Made by a program: the position numbers and the translations under genes. A stretch of 64,000 nt of DNA from Eledone cirrhosa (Eukaryota), in NCBI GenBank assembly GCA_964016885.1, contig OZ024747.1:90830001-90894000 (forward strand), read 5' to 3'. Below the pieces are notes generated by a model. It saw nothing but the letters and a program-made list of their open reading frames with translations, was not told the origin of the DNA and did not search any database. Positions 54,134 through 64,000 of the stretch are shown here, piece after piece. Numbering within the stretch: the first letter of the stretch is position 1; each line of letters starts with the position of its first letter.

Positions 54134-56490
54134 AGCCGCTGAGATAGGGGACGCGCTGAGCCAATGCGGCAAACGCAAATCTCCAGGTCTCGACGGCCTA
54201 CCCTACGAATTTTACGTAGCAATGCCGGACTTATTCTCCGGTCTACTGGAAGCGGTCTACTGCAACTAGCAACAGAACGGGAGAATTCCCAGTTCTGTGA
54301 CCGGGGGCGTAGTCACACTAGTCAGGAAGGACGGGAATAAGGGGGATAAGCAACTTCCGGCCCATAACTCTGCTAAACACAGAGTTACAGATTTTGGCCA
54401 AGGTGTTGGCAAAGAGGCTGGCGCTTGTCGTCGAGAACCTGATGGGAGAATCGTAGAACCTGATGGGAGAAGCGCAATCCCGACCAGGTCCATACACGAC
54501 AACCTCCACCTCATGCGATACATCATAGAGAGGGTAGGGTGTAAACCCGGCTTCGGTGGGGCCCTGATCAACTTGGATCAGTCTAAGGCTTTCGATAGGT
54601 TTGACCATCGTTACCTGGTTGCGGTGCTCGAGGCGGCAGGCTTCGGACCCGTGTTCAGGGGCTGGATTGCTGCAATGCACAACAGCAACATCTGCTGAAG
54701 GGTCAAGGTGAACGGCTACCTCTCGGAGCCGTTCCATATCACGCGATCCATTCGACAGGGATGCCCTCTCTCCTCCCTTCTGTACGTACTGACTCGCGAG
54801 CCACTACTGCGGAAGTTGGAGCTATTGCAGGGCATCCCTTTGGAACCAGGACTGCGGAAAGCGGCGTCGGCCTACGCCGACGACGTTAGAGTAATGGTGT
54901 CGAACGTCTCGCAAATCGAGGAAGTCGGCACCTTACTGAAGGAACACGAAAGTTTCACAGGAGCGAAGCTGAACCGGGACAAGTCCATCGGTTTGCAACT
55001 TCGATCGCGGAGAAGCAAACCGATGCCTTCCGATGGCGTCGTCGGACGCTGGACGGAAGGACCGGTAAAGCTGCTCGGGGTCTGATTTGGTCCGGACCTC
55101 CAGGTGGAGAAGAACTGGAACGAGGTGACGGCCGAGGTGTTTGCACTCACCCAGAAGTGGGCCGAGTGCAAACTATTCTTGAAAGGTCGAGCGGAGGTGG
55201 CGAACACTTTTATAGCGTCCGCCATCTACTACCGCTTGACCGTCGTGCCTTGTCCAGCCAAAACGCTCACCAAAATGGAGCGCGCGCTCTTCCATTTCCT
55301 TTGGAAGAGGCGGGCTCCTTTGGTGAGAAGATCCATCTGCTGCCAACACCCTTCTAACGGAAGGCTGAGGATACCGTGGCTGACGATGCGCAAACACGCG
55401 CTCAGGCTGCGGCATCTCTACGTATTCATCACCGGACAACCGGTATGGGCCCCGTTCGTGAGGCGAGCCTTCCCACGACTCGTCTCGCTGACCGAGCTGC
55501 AGTCCTGCGTCAAGCAAAGACCGAGGAAAATGGGCGACTGGCACATTGAATGTGCTCAGGCACTCACAGCCCTCTGGCAGGCGGACCCGGCGATCAGTGG
55601 AGACTCCACTTCGTCATTCTATAGAGGGTTGATCCGCAGGAAGTGCGACGACGCGCTCGGTGAAACTCTAGGCGTGGAGGAAGATGAACTGGCCAGTCTG
55701 TTCGGTAGGACCTTCCGCCCGGGACCGATGGACAACTTCCAAAAGTTCCTGGCCTGGGAGTGCTACCGAGGAGCTCTACCAGTTCGAGACAAGCTCTACA
55801 GACATGGGCGCCCGGGCAGGGACCCTCAAAAAAGATCTGTCCGAGGTGCGTGCGAGACGAAGAAACCGTCGCGCACGCATTCATACACTGCCCGGGCGTC
55901 ACCGACCTGTGGGGCTATGTAGAACGACTATTGTCGCGGGTGGGACCAATCCGGTTGACCACCGAGTCCATTGTCATGATCAAACCGCCACCCTCTTTCA
56001 AAAACGAAGGAGAGGCGGTTTTCCTTTGTGTGATAGCTATGGCGAAAGAGGTTGTATGGTGGACGATGTTAAAAGGGCTGAGGTCAGACACCTTTCTCTC
56101 CAGCCAACAACTGATTCTTTTTTTCAAATACCACTTTGGAAGAAGAATCAGGATGGAGAGAGAGGTGCTGTACTCCAGCAAGTTTTATGAAAGGTGGGTG
56201 AAAGTGGCGAGAATGGCCCGAGTGAATGGGCCTTCTCTCTATATCAGCCTGTAGGTTGAGGAAAAGGAGGAGGAGAGGAAGGGAGTACAAACTCTTCGTA
56301 CTCCTGGAGATGAGGGTTGCACATTTTTTCGGGGGTATGTGTTACCCATATGACTGTCTCCCCCTATTGGGGAAAATCGACTAATTTTTTAAATTGCATT
56401 TGTGATAACATTTTACACGTTTTTATTGTATGTAAACTTCCCCCTTTGTATTTGTCCCCTTCTTTTGTGCCACTGTGGCTAATAAAGAAA
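54131..56490 (+). mobile_element. Tx1/L1-clade LINE, 5'-truncated, ORF2 disrupted
   Basis: KSPGLDGLPYEFY, LDQSKAFDR, RQGCPLS, AYADD, zf-RVT; stops and frameshifts; (TATC)n on both sides. Confidence 0.92.
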
Positions 56491-56492
56491 CA

Positions 56493-56543
<51 letters not shown>

Positions 56544-56571
56544 GTATCTATCTATCTATCTATCTATACAT

Positions 56572-56776
56572 GAACGAGTAGGACCCCGACGGCTGAGCTC
56601 AAGCCGTTTCGACGGCTAATTCTGGACTAAAATTTTAGTCCAGAATTAGCCGTCGAAACGGCTTGAGCTCAGCCGTCGCGGTCCTACTCGTTCCTATCAC
56701 CCACTCTACTACCCTAAATATTGAGTACTTTGGTGCGTTATGGTCCATCTGGTTCCTTACCACATTTCCTTCGTTA
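56572..56776. mobile_element. Family B palindromic element
   Basis: Junction CTGGACT-AAAATTTT-AGTCCAG. Confidence 0.8.
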
Positions 56777-56819
56777 TATATATATATATATATACATACA
56801 CACACACACACATATATAT

Positions 56820-56854
<35 letters not shown>

Positions 56855-57339
56855 CACATATATATATATATATACCAAAATACACAGGTGTGTTATTAAG
56901 GTTGATAAGCTATAAAACGAATTGTATTGTGTAAGATTTTGCTTTGACTAAAAGATGTCAATTGTTATGCTGTTATTTTTCTGAAGTCATGTATGTGTCG
57001 TAAACTGGCGTCTAAGCCTCTTGTTGACTGTATCTCATCTTAAATTGATTTGCTCTCGTAGTGATGTAATCTATTACATACTTGTTAATGTTAGATGTTA
57101 CAATGACTGAATAGATAATCATATTTCTCAGCAATTGCCATATATTGGGCATACATTGCATGAATTACGATTGGATTCGTGGCAGCTACATTTCTATGTA
57201 TTTTGATACTATCCACCACTTTATTGCCCTTAATAGTAACACACTTTAGGAGTCTAGGCTACATAACAGCTGACTCATCAGTACATCGCTGGCATACACT
57301 ATAGGGAACTTTACATATAATTAGCGCCCGTGTTGGAAG

Positions 57340-58355
<1,016 letters not shown>

Positions 58356-58382
58356 GGAAACATTTTTCCATTAACATTACAA

Positions 58383-58470
58383 GGAGTCTGACGAGCCGTG
58401 GATTACAGAGTCGGGTCAGATCGATACAGATGGAGCCTTGAGCTGATCAGTGGCGAAACGCGCGTCACCA
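58383..58470 (+). ncRNA. Family G hammerhead (canonical core)
   Basis: GT-CTGACGA-GCC...GGC-GAAA-CGCGCG-TC-ACC. Confidence 0.7.
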
Positions 58471-58564
58471 ACTAATAAACGTAATGGAGTTACCAATCGG
58501 TTTTGTTATCTTATTTCACAATATATATACATATATATATACGTGTGTGTGTGTGTGTTAGTGA

Positions 58565-58602
<38 letters not shown>

Positions 58603-58606
58603 GTGA

Positions 58607-58642
<36 letters not shown>

Positions 58643-58712
58643 GGGGTTGAATCGGGGGTGGGTACCAACAGTAAGAAGGTACTAAATATATAATAGAGTA
58701 TATACAATGTTT

Positions 58713-58798
58713 AATATAGAAATGGCTTCTACAGTGCTTTCCTGATGATTTCCTTCGAATGAAACAGTTCTAGTCCTGTAGAAGCCATTTCTATATCT
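58713..58798. mobile_element. Family A hammerhead with short inverted arm
   Basis: CTGATGA(58742)-TTTC-CTTC-GAAT-GAAA-CAG..CTG-TA-GAAGC; ATAGAAATGGCTTCTACAG inverted upstream. Confidence 0.75.
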
Positions 58799-59496
58799 TT
58801 CTATATCAAATATAATATATAAATAAATATATATATATATATATATATTTATTAAACATTATATAAATATATATATATATTTTCCTAATATATATTTTAA
58901 TGAACTACCAACACATATATTAATTATATGCATTCCAGAATGCTCATTTGGCTGAAAGGGTATATAAAAGCATCAAATACATGTTCACTTGTCGTTGTTT
59001 AGATGATATATACACGCTTTTTTGATGAAGGCCCAATTAGGTCCGAAAATCAATCAAATGGGTTTAACGTTTTTTTTCAATTTACTAAGAAATTCATATT
59101 CTCTCTCATGGTAACATGGCTCCATATTAAAAATGAGTATATTAATTTACACATTGTTGCAGCCTCGGTTACCCACTCTGTATATATACACACCGACACA
59201 CACACATATAAGTAGATTCCCATGTTGTGTCGGGAAATAGCCAGATAACCACAGTTAAAAAGAGATACTCAATACGTACCTAGAGCATGGGTATCTTTTG
59301 AATTGGCAGTATCAGAAGAGGGTCGGACGCCATGCTTTGACGCATAGAGTTACGGCCCTCGCCATTCTGAGTTCAAATCCCGTCGAGGTTAACTTTGCCT
59401 TTCATCCTGACGAGGTCGATAAAATAAAGTACCAGTAATGCAATGGGATAATTGCTGGCCTTGTGCCAATAGTAGAAACAATTATATATAAAGTAT

Positions 59497-59593
59497 ATAT
59501 GGAAATTATTTCATTCGTATGAAACCATCAGAACATTCCTGATGATTTCATATGAATGAAACAGTTCTAGTCCTGTAGAAGTCATTTCTATAT
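59497..59593. mobile_element. Family A hammerhead, fold-back
   Basis: CTGATGA(59539)-TTTC-ATAT-GAAT-GAAA-CAG..CTG-TA-GAAGT. Confidence 0.75.
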
Positions 59594-59622
59594 ATCTATA
59601 TCTATCTATATATACGTAACTT

Positions 59623-59676
<54 letters not shown>

Positions 59677-59826
59677 TTTATAAACATATATATTTTAGCT
59701 CTGTAATATACTTATTTTACATTGAGCTATTTTCATACTTGTAATTGAATATTTAATATTATCCTCATTATATATATGTGTGTGTGTAATTATATGTATA
59801 TATATATATATGTATATATATATATT

Positions 59827-59880
<54 letters not shown>

Positions 59881-60075
59881 CATAAGATCCCATTAAGGGT
59901 GAAAGCAGCGATTCTTTTCTTAAACTTTAATCTGTTATTTTAATAAATATTTGCTCTACGGTTCTTATATATTTGATATATATTAATCCTTATCGAGCCC
60001 TCTTTGGATTTTAGTCTTCAAATTTATTATTATTACTATATGTGTATATATATATATGAGTGTGTGTGTGTGTGC

Positions 60076-60151
<76 letters not shown>

Positions 60152-60154
<3 letters not shown>

Positions 60155-60349
60155 GGAACGAGTAGCACCCCGACGGCTGAGCTCAAGCCGTTTCGACGGC
60201 TAATTCTGGACTCCAGAATTAGCCGTCGAAACGGCTTGAGCTCAGCCGTCGGGGTCCTACTCGTTCCTATTACCCACTCTACTACCCTAAGTATTGAGTT
60301 CTTTGGTGCGTTATGGTCCACCTGGTTCCTTACCACATTTCCTTCGTTA
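60152..60349. mobile_element. Family B palindromic element
   Basis: Junction CTGGACT-CCAGAATTAG. Confidence 0.8.
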
Positions 60350-60469
60350 TATATATATGTATATATATATATATTTATATATATTGATTCAATTATATAT
60401 ATATATGTTTATATATATAAACATAAATATAATGTGTATGTGTATGTATGTGTGTGCGTGTATGTACAA

Positions 60470-60539
<70 letters not shown>

Positions 60540-60894
60540 ACACACAGACAGACAAACACATTTCCCTTCTTAAAAGAGAATATATCTACAGGCGATTTTA
60601 GCCAATGTATTCCGCGCCGTCTGTATCTGTAGAGAAATCTTTGTCCGAGCTTTAAAACAACAAAATCCAACATAACTGCAGTGAAATAATGACGCTCTAC
60701 TGTGTCTGTGTGTCTTTTCTGTAGAAGTCTGTTTAACTTAGTTACTTGCTGATTTCGTTCGTTACTTAGTTAATACGTTAGCTAGCTAGTTAATATTGTA
60801 ACCACAGACTGCAATTATCGAGTTAAATTCAGCCTGATCCGAAAAAAAGGTTTAAATATCATTTAGTCTATTCTCTCTCTATCCCCCTCTCTCT

Positions 60895-60965
<71 letters not shown>

Positions 60966-60986
60966 TAGAAGGCGTATTTAATTTGT

Positions 60987-61029
<43 letters not shown>

Positions 61030-61161
61030 ATGTAGAGATTACATGAAACAAAGTTCTGTTTTAATCATTTATCTGTTTACAATTGTTTCTTCCAATATAT
61101 AACTATAAAAGGTTTTAGTATATACATAACCATAAATAGTATCCTTAATACTATATATATG

Positions 61162-61246
<85 letters not shown>

Positions 61247-61474
61247 GTATGTATATATATATATATGTATGTATATATATCTATATCCAAAATTAAGATA
61301 AAATAAATTAAATGAATTTAATCTAAATCGAAATTGTGGGTGTCATGTCAAAATGGCATGCGCCATATCACCTGGATGTATGTATATATACGTAGCAATA
61401 TCCTTGATCCCCACCAGACAACTGATAAAGGAACATTTTCTCCCGTTGGTGCTTTCCTCTACTCCGACTATAAA

Positions 61475-61512
<38 letters not shown>

Positions 61513-61514
<2 letters not shown>

Positions 61515-61702
61515 AAGGCGGGTAAAATTCCCGAGATCCATGGACGAGTTCTCTCCAGCGGTCTCTGTCCCTCATTATCGCTGCCATATCCTGCATCTCC
61601 AACAGACCAGTGTCTGTCCTTAGGGCATCAACATATGTTAACCTTGGTCTTTCTCTTCTAGTGTGTCCATGTAGGGGCTCCCAAAGGAGCACTGAGTGCA
61701 AT
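61513..61702 (-). mobile_element. RTE 3' fragment
   Basis: HSVLLWEPLHG...REFYPP*. Confidence 0.9.
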
Positions 61703-62041
61703 GATAGTATATATTCTTATACTTTGGGAGGGTCATGCTGCCGATAAAAATACACACTACACACACCTGTTGGTTTTCACTTCAATTTATTATAAATTTC
61801 CAGTTGGTTTGTTCAATAACCGGATGGTTGTTTATATACTGTCAAAGCTCTTTCATCACATATCATGTGACCTTCTCAGATTATGTGACCTCCTTCAGAT
61901 AAGAAATCTTGGAAAACAAATTCCAAAACGAAGTATACGCACACACACACACACACACATACACACACACACACACATACATACACACACACATCAATGC
62001 ATGAAGCTTGGATAGTTTTTCTTTGTTGTAAAAGTAATTAT

Positions 62042-62111
<70 letters not shown>

Positions 62112-63154
62112 GCTGCTGATGCTCCTGCTGCTGCTGCTACTTCTACTACTACTAATAATAATAATTGTTTCTACTTTTTGGCACAAGGCCAGCAATTATA
62201 CAGTGTATTACTGGTACTTTATTTTATCGACCCTGTAAGGATGAAAGGCAAAAGCTAACCTCGGTGGGATTTGAATTCAGAACATAAAGGGCCATAACTC
62301 TATAATAATGGTTTCTACTTTTGGCACAAGGTCAGCTATTATCCCAGTGTATTACTGGTACTTTATTTTATCGACCCCGTAAGGATGAAAGGCAAAGTTA
62401 ACCTCGGCGCGATTTGAACTCAGACCATAAAGGGACGTAACTCTGTGCTGCGAAGTAGTGTTTCCGGCGCTTGGATAATGACCAAGATTATTACTTCGGA
62501 GTGTCACAACCGCTTTTGAGACTACTCCCCGGTTTAGCTAACTCCACCTATTCAAATACTCTCCCTAGTGTTTACGGAATCATTGATCTGCATGGTTTAG
62601 AAATACCTGGTTCTTATCTGAAATGGTATGTCCACATCACATAAGTAATAGCAACACTTCAGTCTACTATGACAATCTTCCAAAATGAGGTGTCTTAATA
62701 AAAACACTGGTGGTTGTGAAACATTAAATCCACTGACCACTCATTTATAGAAAGAAATATGTACTAGATTTAACACTTAGTGAAATCTAATTCAGGAATA
62801 AGGGGGCTGCTTTTAGTTTTGGTTAGCAACCTTCCGGCAAATGGTGCCGCAGTAAACATACCGACAGCAGTGGCACCCTAAAACCCTAGTCTCATTATAA
62901 GTGGAAATGTCAGAGAGTAATATTAAAGACAACGCCGAAACTAGCAGCGGATGGGGGCAGAATTAGACACCTTGGGAATCTGTGGAGCTAAAACTCCCAG
63001 GTGTAGCTGGCATGTGATTCATGGGCAGGTTTATATCGGTCGTCATTCTATTACTACAAGACCACTATTTATATAATGTGGACGAACTATGTGGACGAAA
63101 AGAGTTTAACAACATCGTTATGAGGTGTTATGATTTAGAAAGATTAGTGTCAGG

Positions 63155-63370
63155 TCTTCTTCTTATCGTGTCCACAAGAATGTCGGCTACAAAACTTGGT
63201 TAGATGTGGTTCCGGCACAGCTGAACACATTACTGTCCTTTCTCATTAAACTCTGCCAAGCAGGGGCATATCAGAAGGTGCAGCGTAGTCTGTGGTTCCA
63301 CGCAGTCACACACAACGCCCCCAGCCTTTAAATATCCCCATTTTGCCAGATTGGCTTTTGCACGACCATG
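63155..63370 (-). mobile_element. Vingi/Ingi-like LINE 3' fragment
   Basis: Minus: GRAKANLAKWG..CDCVEPQTTLHLLICP; ends GGACACGATAAGAAGAAGA. Confidence 0.6.
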
Positions 63371-63549
63371 GAAATGATCAAGGAACAAAAACATTGGAGG
63401 GAGAGGCAAATGTTATTAAAAGTAACGGTTACTTACCAGAACGAGAGTCGTAGGAAAGAAGGTAAGACGTGATTTGTGACTACCAAGCTACTTCACCAGC
63501 ACAGAACGATCAGCTAGCAAACGAGAGAAGCCAGTTTAAAGCACCTTCT

Positions 63550-64000
63550 CTCTACCTTGGACAAAGGAACTAAATAGAATAGCAATGAAATACTACATTA
63601 TGACTAAACCAAATGAAAAATGGTACAGCCATAATATGTTGGCAATTTGGAATGAAATAGGTGTGTTTCCAGTGATAGAATGGAAACTTTCAGGACAAGC
63701 ATAATTTAGAAAGCATAATGGCTATCTGTCGAGCCTAGAATTCAAAGAAATTAAACGAGAAATAGAAAACTCAACAGGGGGCAATGGTAAATTTGAAATT
63801 AATATAAATGAAATTATTATCGAACAGAGTTCAACAATTGAAAGAGATGAATTAGATAGAGGGGAAACAAATTTGAGAATGAGACAGGATGGTCAAAGTG
63901 ACGATGAGATGAAGCTATTGGCCAAAATAAAAGACTGACCTAAGCCAAAGAGTATGGGAAACATGCCAAACTAAGAGCATTTCAGAACAAAACGGGAAAA
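63550..64000 (+). pseudogene. R4/Dong-clade non-LTR ORF N-terminus, decayed
   Basis: WTKELNRIAMKYY..KP...MLAIWNEIGVF..E.KLSGQA*..NGYLSSLEFKEIKREI; second remnant KEFNNIVMRCY at about 63090-63140. Confidence 0.6.

Noticed and set aside
59015-59060. Hammerhead TTGATGA-AGGCC..GGTCC-GAAA (similar weak motifs near 28085-28120 and 29880-29955)
   Set aside because: Core and stems I/III too degraded to call

Overview
Eukaryotic, AT-rich, microsatellite-saturated DNA, probably intronic or intergenic. The SINE types and (TA)n/(CA)n density suggest an octopod cephalopod, which is an inference. No host protein-coding gene can be firmly called; nearly all listed ORFs are translations of simple repeats. 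The real coding remnants are retroelements: a near-intact 5'-truncated Penelope-like element (PLE; RT + GIY-YIG, 45.7-47.6 kb), a second PLE endonuclease that the ORF track missed (51.9-52.3 kb, minus), a Tx1/L1-clade LINE (54.1-56.5 kb plus 3' fragments), RTE, CRE, R4/Dong and Vingi-like fragments. There are also two tRNA-derived SINE families, a non-autonomous Helitron and MITEs. The most striking signal is about 20 type I hammerhead ribozyme (HHR) motifs, plus partial or degenerate ones, in roughly ten sequence families. They sit in short non-coding elements embedded in (TA)n. Many are head-to-head palindromes with one ribozyme on each strand, several carry recurrent core variants (U4A, U4C, U10.1-U11.1), one lies in a retrozyme-like 713-nt direct repeat, and one family keeps only the 3' half of a hammerhead behind a fixed 5' end. 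Structures were folded by eye, coordinates are hand-counted and may be off by a few bases, and activity is untested.
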